A stretch of DNA of 27,733 bases. It comes from a virus. Positions 1 to 7,064 of this stretch are shown here, in pieces. Position numbers and translations under genes: made by a program. The stretch is taken from the UHGV virus genome UHGV-0042152, one strand, 5' to 3'. Position 1 is the stretch's first letter; every line of letters begins with the position of its first letter. Below the pieces are notes generated by a model. The model had not been told where the DNA came from. It was given only the letters and a program-made list of their open reading frames with translations, and did not search any database.

Positions 1-49
1 TTTCAACGAATAAGCCAAAACAGGGGGAACAAATTAACACAAATTATAA

Positions 50-1042
50 CTAATCGATGGACAGTTTATGGACACTTTCAGCCAGCGGATTAAAGTTGAT
101 CGCGTCCAGTAAAAAGTCCGGCGAAAAATGAGCGTACGTCATTGTTTGCTGAATCGTTGCGTGCCCCAGGATTCGTTGCAACGTAACAATATTTCCGCCA
201 TTCATCATAAAGTGTGTGGCAAATGTATGACGCATGACATGCGTAGCCTGCCCCTTCGGCAAATCCGGTTTCACCTCCTGAAGAATCTCCCGGAACTTCA
301 GATAATCAACCTGATACAATAACCCCGTTCGACGGGTTTTAATCAGAGGCACGACCGAATCCGCCACAGGAACCGAACGGGATTTTCCGTTTTTGGTGTT
401 AAAGAACGTCACCCGGTTGCCAACGATATGCTCTCCACGTAGTTCCGATGCTTCACTCCATCGGGCACCAGTAGAAAGACACAGAATGGCAACACGACGC
501 GCATCACCCTCCAGTCGCTCAAGAAGCCGTTCAATCTCATCATCAGAAAGAAAGGCCATCTCTGTGTTCTGAACTTTCAGTTTTCGTATACCGCGTACAG
601 GGTTCGCGTTGTGAAAGACCTCAGCTTCAATCAGCACCGTGAACATGGTAGACAGTACGCATAAGTCACGATTAATACTGGACGGCATTAATCCGGCCTG
701 TAATTTCTCTGACCGATATTCAAGCATAAATTTTCGCGTCATCTGACTGGCGCGAGGATCTCCCATTTCACGAACAACCTTCCCTAGCCTAACCCTGTAG
801 CTATCCCCGTAAGCCTGATTACGCCCATCAAGCATCCACCACGCATCAAGCAGCTCTGATAATCGCCGCTGATCAGCTGGCTTAGCCTGCCATGGCTTGT
901 CATGAAAGTTCTGTAACACATACTTCTCAAACTCCTGAGCCTTTGATTTCAGGGCAAAGATTTTTCGAATCCGCTTTCCTTCCGCCCCCTGCGGTCTGAC
1001 ATCGACCTGATAACGTCCGTCTTTGAGTTGCTTAATCGACAT
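50..1042 (-). CDS. int: P2-type tyrosine integrase
   Basis: Translation MSIKQLKDGRYQVDVRP...ILCLSTGARW...HVMRHTFATHFMMNGGNIVTLQRILGH...YAHF matches P2 Int along its length, including catalytic R, H-x-x-R and Y motifs. Start moved to the ATG at 1042, preceded by a GGAGGGG Shine-Dalgarno. Confidence 0.9.
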   Translation of the reverse strand: MSIKQLKDGRYQVDVRPQGAEGKRIRKIFALKSKAQEFEKYVLQNFHDKPWQAKPADQRRLSELLDAWWMLDGRNQAYGDSYRVRLGKVVREMGDPRASQMTRKFMLEYRSEKLQAGLMPSSINRDLCVLSTMFTVLIEAEVFHNANPVRGIRKLKVQNTEMAFLSDDEIERLLERLEGDARRVAILCLSTGARWSEASELRGEHIVGNRVTFFNTKNGKSRSVPVADSVVPLIKTRRTGLLYQVDYLKFREILQEVKPDLPKGQATHVMRHTFATHFMMNGGNIVTLQRILGHATIQQTMTYAHFSPDFLLDAINFNPLAESVHKLSID

Positions 1043-1111
1043 GATTAGCCCCTCCAACGGATAAATTAACTAAACACTCCTTGCGATATGTAATTCGCTC
1101 AATGTGTAGAG

Positions 1112-1453
1112 TCAGCCAACATTGCGGCCTGATCGGGGTGATTTTTGGGTAATACCGATTGAAACCTGATCGCCCTCCGACTGAATAGATCCATCAAGAG
1201 AGAGAGCCGGAGCAATCTGCCCGGCGACAGGTAGCGTCTTATCTTTTATTAGCCACAGCATGTATTTTTCAAAGCGATCGACTTGCAGAACCGCCTCAAC
1301 GATTTTTGCTCTAGCGTTCTTTTGCCCCGATTCGTAATTCCTTATGGTTGCCAAAGACAACCCAGTAATATCCGCAAACTGCTTTTGTGTTAACCCTTCC
1401 GCCTTACGTATCTGACGTAACTTTTTTGCGTAGTCTATTGACAAGATAACCAT
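1112..1453 (-). CDS. C: P2 C-type immunity repressor (HTH)
   Basis: N-terminal HTH (LTQKQFADITGLSLATIRNYESG) and the conserved GQIAPAL and KY-LW motifs shared with P2 C repressor. Divergent from the early operon. Start chosen at the MVILS methionine (1453) with a GAGAGG RBS. Confidence 0.8.
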   Translation of the reverse strand: MVILSIDYAKKLRQIRKAEGLTQKQFADITGLSLATIRNYESGQKNARAKIVEAVLQVDRFEKYMLWLIKDKTLPVAGQIAPALSLDGSIQSEGDQVSIGITQKSPRSGRNVG

Positions 1454-1557
1454 TTGAGTATTAACCTCTCGCACAAAGATAACCTTTTGGTTATCTTTAC
1501 AAGCCAAAACAAACCATCACAAGGCGCGACAAGCGCACCAACGCAAGAGGATAACAA
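1441..1557. promoter_or_regulatory. Lysis-lysogeny switch region (divergent Pc/Pe) with candidate operator repeats
   Basis: Intergenic region between divergent repressor and early operon. AAGATAACC at 1443-1451, and a perfect 10-bp-arm palindrome AAAGATAACC-TTTT-GGTTATCTTT at 1475-1498. Exact -35/-10 elements not resolved. Confidence 0.5.
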
Positions 1558-2079
1558 ATGCGGGACTTCATTGCCGATAAAGAGTTATCTGACCACCAAC
1601 CACTTCAGGAAAGTGACGCACTCAGCGGATCCATTGATGCCGCCAACGACGACGAGCACGAAGAAAACAAGAAAAAGCGTTCCTACAAAAAAGGAGCGAC
1701 TTTGCGGCTGGATGGTCCGATCGCCGGGCTTTGCTCTCTGGAAAAAGGCGCGGCATATATTGGGCTAACAAAATCTGCACTGCGCGTAGCCATTCATCGC
1801 GGTCAAATGCCGGGACACAAGACGCGCACAAACCCGGAAGATGAAAACTCAGACGGAGTATGGTGGTTTAACGCCAAAGAGTGGGACAAGTTGGCTGATG
1901 AGCTACCAGAGCACGAGCCCCCAGAATGGCACAACTGGAAAAGTTACTGGACGTATGACCGCCAGAAAAGGAAGTTCTCTCCAGCTAATAAAGAAGACTG
2001 CCAGACCATTAACGGTAAGCGAGTTTATACAGGCAGAAGCTCAAAACTGGACCAACTCAGAAACAACAGAGGCAACTAA
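1558..2079 (+). CDS. First early-operon protein, Cox/excisionase-like HTH protein with acidic N-terminal extension (putative)
   Basis: Sits in the position of P2 cox directly after the switch region, with AGAGGA RBS. Possible HTH segment (IGLTKSALRVAIHRGQMPG) and a GVWWF segment loosely resembling Cox. At 173 aa it is much longer than P2 Cox (91 aa). Confidence 0.45.
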   Translation: MRDFIADKELSDHQPLQESDALSGSIDAANDDEHEENKKKRSYKKGATLRLDGPIAGLCSLEKGAAYIGLTKSALRVAIHRGQMPGHKTRTNPEDENSDGVWWFNAKEWDKLADELPEHEPPEWHNWKSYWTYDRQKRKFSPANKEDCQTINGKRVYTGRSSKLDQLRNNRGN

Positions 2080-2083
2080 TCGT

Positions 2084-2506
2084 ATGAAAACAAACACGTC
2101 AGATTTCACAATAACTATTTCAAAAAATGACCAAGCATTAATTGATAACCTGAAATACCTTGCGGAAAAACATAATAACGGACGAATTGCAATTAATTTA
2201 CGACACATCACAGGAGTAACAATTGTAACCAGTTACTGGCATCTATATCTAATCGCTAAATCAGTACTTGAAAACAAAGATTCTGTTGTCAATGGAAGAG
2301 ATATAGATACTCTTCCTGCACAAATCAAACCGATAGCCTATCAATTGCGTAATCGTTTTAAAAATGAAGGTGGGATTATATTTGACTTTCCCGCAGCTGT
2401 AGCCGTGAGCTTCTCTCGGGAGGATATACTTCACTCATTTCGTTTTGCTCTATCAGGTGACGAGACATTATGGCAGCTAGAAGATGCCGGGAGCAGCCCG
2501 GCATAA
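2084..2506 (+). CDS. Hypothetical protein (141 aa) in AT-rich island
   Basis: ORF with ATG at 2084 and an AGAGG RBS about 12 nt upstream. Markedly AT-rich codon usage relative to flanking phage genes. No recognisable motif. Confidence 0.5.
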   Translation: MKTNTSDFTITISKNDQALIDNLKYLAEKHNNGRIAINLRHITGVTIVTSYWHLYLIAKSVLENKDSVVNGRDIDTLPAQIKPIAYQLRNRFKNEGGIIFDFPAAVAVSFSREDILHSFRFALSGDETLWQLEDAGSSPA

Positions 2507-2512
2507 ATCAAA

Positions 2513-2704
2513 TTAAAAATCAACCAGTTGTGTGACAGGTGGGTATTTACGCTGAATTTTGTCAGTTACTAACGCCAGTAATATATGAATCTCTGTGTTT
2601 AATGCGTCTTTATCACCCGTCGTTTTTACCCTGGGAGGGTTAATGTTATCCAGAGCAGCACTAAGTTCACTCAACAAATTAACAACTTTTTTATCTTCTG
2701 ACAT
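2513..2704 (-). CDS. Hypothetical small protein (63 aa), convergent with upstream gene
   Basis: Minus-strand ORF with an AAGAGG RBS 5 nt upstream of the ATG. Lies in the same AT-rich island. No motif recognised. Confidence 0.35.
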   Translation of the reverse strand: MSEDKKVVNLLSELSAALDNINPPRVKTTGDKDALNTEIHILLALVTDKIQRKYPPVTQLVDF

Positions 2705-2841
2705 GAAAACCTCTTAACAATTTAATTAAACATAAGCCAGGACCTGAACCGGCCAGTCCAAGTCCTAGACACACAAAAAAAATACCACAAATCAATACAA
2801 GGTGACACGAGTACACCTTACCGAAGGTACAGAGTTTTAAT

Positions 2842-3192
2842 ATGAAACTACAGCGCAATTCTTCACAGCAGCGCTTCCGCAACGGTGCGGAACGCCATGC
2901 TAACCGTTTCGCTACCAGTGCATCACGTAGCAACTCTCGCTACAGCCTGAGCGAAACACACGCCACACCTGATGGACATCCCGTAAAACAAATCGGCGAG
3001 CACACTTGGTTGATTGAGAAAGCTGGAATCGTGGTCCACAAATGCCCACGCAATCCGTTTACCGGAAACCGCATTTTTGCATTGAACTGCGGCGACAATC
3101 ACTTCGGGCAGGATTTCACATTGTACGAAGCACTTCGCACGGTTGATCGTCTGCTTCGTGGGCAAAGTTTTATTAAACAGGCTGATTTATAA
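2842..3192 (+). CDS. Hypothetical early protein (116 aa)
   Basis: ORF in early operon orientation. No recognisable domain. Confidence 0.45.
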   Translation: MKLQRNSSQQRFRNGAERHANRFATSASRSNSRYSLSETHATPDGHPVKQIGEHTWLIEKAGIVVHKCPRNPFTGNRIFALNCGDNHFGQDFTLYEALRTVDRLLRGQSFIKQADL

Positions 3193-3202
3193 CAGGTGCT
3201 TT

Positions 3203-3481
3203 ATGACCAAAGAGCATGCTCAAGGTGTATTTATTCGTTTTATTGATTTTCGCGGTGAACTGTTATTACGCGCATCAGCTATTGATGGAGTCGTTCCATC
3301 CGAAAAAAATGCAGCTACTTACGTTTATCTGAACGGCACGCGCCTGACCGTAGAACTTCCGTACCAGACTGTACACGAAATCAGTAGCGAAGCGGAAAAA
3401 GCACGTAAGACTAATGGCGATGAACCCTATATCGAAATTATTTGTATGGATTCAGAAGCTGAAATCCAGAAAGCAGATTAA
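3203..3481 (+). CDS. Hypothetical early protein (92 aa)
   Basis: ORF with ATG at 3203, chosen to avoid overlap with the upstream ORF. No recognisable domain. Confidence 0.45.
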   Translation: MTKEHAQGVFIRFIDFRGELLLRASAIDGVVPSEKNAATYVYLNGTRLTVELPYQTVHEISSEAEKARKTNGDEPYIEIICMDSEAEIQKAD

Positions 3482-3492
3482 AGGGTGTTGCA

Positions 3493-3735
3493 ATGGACAA
3501 AGAATATAAAACACTCATCAACAAAGCACTTGAGCGTTTTTATTTTCGCTTAAGCGCATCAGGCGTTCATGCTGAACGTGCAGCCCGTGACTCATTGACC
3601 AGGGCAATCCGGAGTCTGTATGACGTGGCTTTTTACGCTGATGATCTGGATGCACTTAACGAACTTTCCGAGCTGATCTGTGCCGCAGAATGCGGAGAAC
3701 ATATTGAACCGTATAAGCTGGGGAATATCGCATGA
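3493..3735 (+). CDS. Hypothetical early protein (80 aa)
   Basis: ORF with ATG at 3493, close-packed with neighbours. No recognisable domain. Confidence 0.45.
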   Translation: MDKEYKTLINKALERFYFRLSASGVHAERAARDSLTRAIRSLYDVAFYADDLDALNELSELICAAECGEHIEPYKLGNIA

Positions 3736-3845
3736 GTATATTTATGTCATGGATTGTTCTGATTATTTCAGTGGTCTGCGCAATTGGCATTGTGCGAATT
3801 ATTCATTCAGTAAAAAAGATTGAGCGTTTTTTCACTGAAGAATAA
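3732..3845 (+). CDS. Putative small hydrophobic peptide (37 aa, single transmembrane helix)
   Basis: ATG at 3732 overlaps the upstream stop (ATGA). Translation MSIFMSWIVLIISVVCAIGIVRIIHSVKKIERFFTEE is one hydrophobic helix plus a basic tail. Below the ORF-track size cutoff. Confidence 0.3.
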   Translation: MSIFMSWIVLIISVVCAIGIVRIIHSVKKIERFFTEE

Positions 3846-3935
3846 CAGCACAAATAAAACACACGATTAAATAAGAAAACATGAAAACAATCCGCACTCG
3901 CGGAGGGCTTTGTACATTCAAATAAGGCGGCAACG

Positions 3936-4253
3936 ATGAAACAAAATAAAGAAGACAAAATTCAATGCGACGCATTAACTATTCTTGCTCATCTCCAGGA
4001 TTGCAAACTGGAAGAGGCGCTCCCCGTCGCTCTTGAACTAACCAGAACACTTGTTAGTGAAATTGACCCGGAACGCGACATCGGCACGTTTACTGTTGCA
4101 CTGGCGGCAAAGGCCCTGTTAACGGAACTCTCATCAACCCTTGATTCGCTTTTCGCCGAAATAGACGAGTTGCACGACCACATTGAAGAGCTGGAAATCC
4201 AGCTATCCCGCATCCGTCGCCAGAAACAGAACAGTGGGCGCAATGGCAATTAA
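3936..4253 (+). CDS. Hypothetical acidic, coiled-coil-like protein (105 aa)
   Basis: ORF with AAGG-type RBS. C-terminal heptad-like acidic stretch (EIDELHDHIEELEIQLSRIRRQ). Confidence 0.45.
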   Translation: MKQNKEDKIQCDALTILAHLQDCKLEEALPVALELTRTLVSEIDPERDIGTFTVALAAKALLTELSSTLDSLFAEIDELHDHIEELEIQLSRIRRQKQNSGRNGN

Positions 4254-4446
4254 GCACTTTCCTGTCGTTCGTTTTACCTCCAGAGGACGTGAATACGAAG
4301 TCGACGAACGCCTGATTACCACAATCGACAAACACCGTTCAGAAAAGGATGCACACCACATCTACCTCACTGACGGCACTTACTTCTGCGCCACCAACGT
4401 GGTGCGGGTGAACCTTATCCGACAGGTACAGGAGTCATGCAGATGA
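4243..4446 (+). CDS. Hypothetical protein (67 aa)
   Basis: ORF starting at the ATG at 4243 (MAIKHFPVVRF...), overlapping the upstream stop. Confidence 0.4.
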   Translation: MAIKHFPVVRFTSRGREYEVDERLITTIDKHRSEKDAHHIYLTDGTYFCATNVVRVNLIRQVQESCR

Positions 4447-4688
4447 CCATTCTGGACTATATCGCCGCCAATCCGGGGTGTAGCGGTGGAGAAATCGCCG
4501 CAGCACTGAATACCCCAACCACAGCTATTAATGCGGAGTTACGCCGACTCTGGCGTAGCGGTTCAGTCATAAGAAAAGAGCGCAAAACAGGTGGTCGCTT
4601 CTCTTACCAGGTAAACCCGATGCCGTTCGGGTGCGGCAATCCACTTACCAATATGTTTAACCAGTTACTGAAGGAAGCCAGAGCATGA
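4437..4688 (+). CDS. Small winged-helix-like DNA-binding protein (83 aa)
   Basis: CAGGAG RBS. Segment GCSGGEIAAALNTPTTAINAELRRLWRSGSV has the look of a winged HTH recognition helix. Overlaps the upstream stop. Confidence 0.45.
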   Translation: MQMTILDYIAANPGCSGGEIAAALNTPTTAINAELRRLWRSGSVIRKERKTGGRFSYQVNPMPFGCGNPLTNMFNQLLKEARA

Positions 4689-4981
4689 GCATCATCAACC
4701 ACCAGGAACTACGCGAACTGGCGACTGCCGTGCAAAGAATACCCCCCCATGAATCACTACCATCTCGCGTGAGCTTACAACCGTCAGTGGTGTTGGCACT
4801 GCTGGATGAGTTGGAGCACGCCAGAACCACGGCCCCTGCCATTCGCCTGACACTCCATCATGAAATCGCTGATTTCTGCGCGACGTTGGAGGCGCCAGGC
4901 GAACCGGAAACGCCGGAAGCAATACAGCAAGAGCTGCTGCAACGCATTGACAAGGTTTTCGATTTTTTCCTTAACCAGTAA
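4685..4981 (+). CDS. Hypothetical protein (98 aa)
   Basis: ORF translationally coupled to the upstream gene (ATGA overlap). Confidence 0.45.
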   Translation: MSIINHQELRELATAVQRIPPHESLPSRVSLQPSVVLALLDELEHARTTAPAIRLTLHHEIADFCATLEAPGEPETPEAIQQELLQRIDKVFDFFLNQ

Positions 4982-4991
4982 GGGCCGCAAC

Positions 4992-5195
4992 ATGAACAAC
5001 AAGACATGGTTTCGTGCATATGCATGGGCGCTGGTATGCGTCCTCGTCTCTCTCATTCTGTATGTAGGGGTACTCCCCCGAATGATTTCATCAGACAGCT
5101 CCTTCCTGGTATTGCTGGGCATTTTCATTGCCATGCTGTACCCGGCAGGCGTTGTTCGCCTTTTCAGTAAGTACATCAAGGAAATCAAACAATGA
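4992..5195 (+). CDS. Small inner-membrane protein (67 aa, two predicted TM helices), partner of SPFH protein
   Basis: Hydrophobic segments WALVCVLVSLILYVGVL and FLVLLGIFIAMLYPAGVV. Stop overlaps the start of the downstream SPFH gene (ATGA at 5192). Confidence 0.5.
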   Translation: MNNKTWFRAYAWALVCVLVSLILYVGVLPRMISSDSSFLVLLGIFIAMLYPAGVVRLFSKYIKEIKQ

Positions 5196-6022
5196 AGAAA
5201 TTCAGACTCTTTCAGATTCTCCCGCTTTTTGCCGCCATCCTGCTGGTTGGCTGCGATCGCGTTGAGCCAGGTAATGTGGGCATCAAAGTCAACAAGCTGG
5301 GCGACGACAAAGGCGTTGGCGAAGTGGTTGGCGTTGGCCGCTACTGGACTGGCTGGAATACCGAGGTTTACATCTTCCCGACCTTCAAACAAATGAAGAC
5401 CTACGATGACCCGTTCAGCTTCCAGATGAGTGACGGCACAACCATCGGCTATCACATCGGCGTGGCCTACAAGGTCGATCCATCCAAAGTTACCACAGTG
5501 TTTCAGACCTACCGCAAAGGCGTGGACGACATTACCGACACTGACCTGCGCCAGAAGATCGCCGACGCACTCAACCGACTGGCCAGCAAAATGACCACAG
5601 ATAAATTCATCGACGGTGGCAAGTCTGAACTGCTGGATTCAGCACTTAAAGATATTCAGGCAGAAATGACACCCATCGGCATTCAGGTAATGAGCCTCTC
5701 TTATGTCGGTAAACCGGAATACCCACCAACCGTGATCGACAGCATTAATGCCAAAGTCACAGCGAACCAGAAAACCCTGCAACGCGAACAGGAAGTAAAA
5801 CAGCGCGAAGCAGAAGCCAACATGTTGCGCGCAGAAGCTGCCGGACAGGCTGATGCCATTCGTACAAAAGCCCAGGCTGAAGCCGACGCCATTCGTTTAC
5901 GCGGTGAAGCTCTGCGCCAGAATCCCGGCGTTATGGAGCTGGAAGCGATTAACAAATGGAACGGCACGCTACCGCAATACATGACCAGTAACACCGCTGT
6001 TCCGTTTGTTCCGGTGAAGTAA
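5192..6022 (+). CDS. SPFH/band-7 (HflK/C-prohibitin-like) domain lipoprotein
   Basis: N-terminal lipoprotein signal with lipobox LLVGC. Central SPFH-like region followed by an Ala/Glu/Arg/Gln-rich coiled-coil tail (QREQEVKQREAEANMLRAEAAGQADAIRTKAQAEADAIRLRGEALRQ) typical of band-7 proteins. Confidence 0.7.
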   Translation: MKKFRLFQILPLFAAILLVGCDRVEPGNVGIKVNKLGDDKGVGEVVGVGRYWTGWNTEVYIFPTFKQMKTYDDPFSFQMSDGTTIGYHIGVAYKVDPSKVTTVFQTYRKGVDDITDTDLRQKIADALNRLASKMTTDKFIDGGKSELLDSALKDIQAEMTPIGIQVMSLSYVGKPEYPPTVIDSINAKVTANQKTLQREQEVKQREAEANMLRAEAAGQADAIRTKAQAEADAIRLRGEALRQNPGVMELEAINKWNGTLPQYMTSNTAVPFVPVK

Positions 6023-6028
6023 TTAAAC

Positions 6029-6053
6029 CCGGCCAGTGAAAACCGCTGGCCGG
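6029..6053 (+). other. Stem-loop (8-bp stem CCGGCCAG/CTGGCCGG) immediately after the SPFH gene
   Basis: Perfect inverted repeat read in the sequence. No directly adjacent U-run, so possibly a stability element rather than a terminator. Confidence 0.4.
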
Positions 6054-6188
6054 AGCAGTATCAGGATTTTTTAGTATGCCGTTCTCACAAAAAAACCGCT
6101 TGCCATGCCGCAATCAGTCAGGTTACATTTCCGCTGCACCTCATAAAACGGGTGCCGGGATTGGAACCCCGCAGACTAACAGAGCGCA

Positions 6189-6211
6189 CAACCGCGCCAG
6201 CGGTTTTTTTG
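6189..6211 (+). terminator. Candidate rho-independent terminator
   Basis: ACCGC-GCCA-GCGGT hairpin followed by TTTTTTT at 6204-6210. Confidence 0.45.
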
Positions 6212-6389
6212 TGCGTGCCGTATCGCCACGTCTTTTTCGCGTCAGAATTATGGTGGGGCGTACAGGGCCAGCATCAGCTGGGCCGGGTCCTCTGTTAGCC
6301 GGTAGTTCCAACCCTGTACGTCTCACCACCCCGAGCTTGGAACCTCTGGATGGTGAGTTTTCAAAACTAACTAACAGAGAGGCCACATC

Positions 6390-6620
6390 ATGGCAAACCG
6401 CAAACAGCACCGCGCTATCGCGGAGCGTCGTCACATCCAGACTGAAATCAACCGCAGACTTTTCCGCGCATCACGCGTCGCGCAAATCATGCACATCAAT
6501 ATGCTGCATGAGCGCAGCCACGCACTATCAAACATTTATTCCGCCTCTGTTTTCAGCTATCTGGCGGATGATCTGCGCGAGCTTCAGCAGCTCATCCAGC
6601 AGCAAAACAAACTCCATTAA
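6390..6620 (+). CDS. Hypothetical basic protein (76 aa)
   Basis: ORF with AGAGAGG RBS. Arg/His-rich N-terminus. No family recognised. Confidence 0.45.
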   Translation: MANRKQHRAIAERRHIQTEINRRLFRASRVAQIMHINMLHERSHALSNIYSASVFSYLADDLRELQQLIQQQNKLH

Positions 6621-6692
6621 TTCCTGTTCCAGGCCTTTCCTGCACCTTGCGGCGGGAGGCCTTCGCACATCTGTAGCAAGAGGATTGCCGCA

Positions 6693-7058
6693 ATGATTCT
6701 CGCCAACGACTTTCTTGAATACCTGCTCAACACAGAACGTGATCTTGCCGCTCGCGTGCGTGATCGTTATGACATGTACCTGAAATCCCTGCCTGTACCG
6801 CAGCTCGCTGACGGAAAGATTGTTATTGATGGTCGCTACATGATTGACAGCCATGAGGAAAATTACAGGCTTTACCGCATTGAAGGTGGCACCCCGTCCG
6901 TTATTGGCATTTACCAGCGCCCATCCTCTGCAATCGTCGATGTGATTGCCGACAGCATCCGCATCACACATCGCCATGCCGACACAGAAGACACCGTGCT
7001 GGAAATTCAGCGGCTGGCTACAGTCTGCCGCGACACCCTGAATGGCATGACGAAGTAA
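6693..7058 (+). CDS. Hypothetical protein (121 aa) immediately upstream of gpA
   Basis: ORF with AGAGGA RBS, in the position of the small P2 ORFs that precede gene A. Confidence 0.5.
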   Translation: MILANDFLEYLLNTERDLAARVRDRYDMYLKSLPVPQLADGKIVIDGRYMIDSHEENYRLYRIEGGTPSVIGIYQRPSSAIVDVIADSIRITHRHADTEDTVLEIQRLATVCRDTLNGMTK

Positions 7059-7064
7059 ATCACT

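Noticed and set aside
1-49. attL core at the integrase-proximal end
   Set aside because: Only 49 nt lie beyond the int stop and the other prophage end is not in the window, so no direct repeat can be paired to define att.
1841-2083. N-terminal extension of the 221-aa ORF overlapping the Cox-like gene
   Set aside because: It overlaps the upstream gene in another frame. The internal ATG at 2084 has an RBS and starts right after the upstream stop.
4784-5455. 223-aa minus-strand ORF
   Set aside because: Lies antisense across the tightly coupled small-membrane-protein and SPFH genes. The plus-strand genes have RBSs and recognisable features; this ORF does not.
6253-6331. Possible tRNA-like element
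   Set aside because: The 5' GGTGGGG and 3' CACCACC ends suggested an acceptor stem, but no consistent cloverleaf or T-loop (TTCRANY flanked by a paired stem) could be drawn by hand.
6076-6696. 206-aa plus ORF and 97-aa minus ORF (6141..6434) in the GC-rich gap
   Set aside because: They cross two hairpin terminators, lack RBSs, and have low-complexity Arg/Pro/Ser-rich translations. The region is treated as non-coding.
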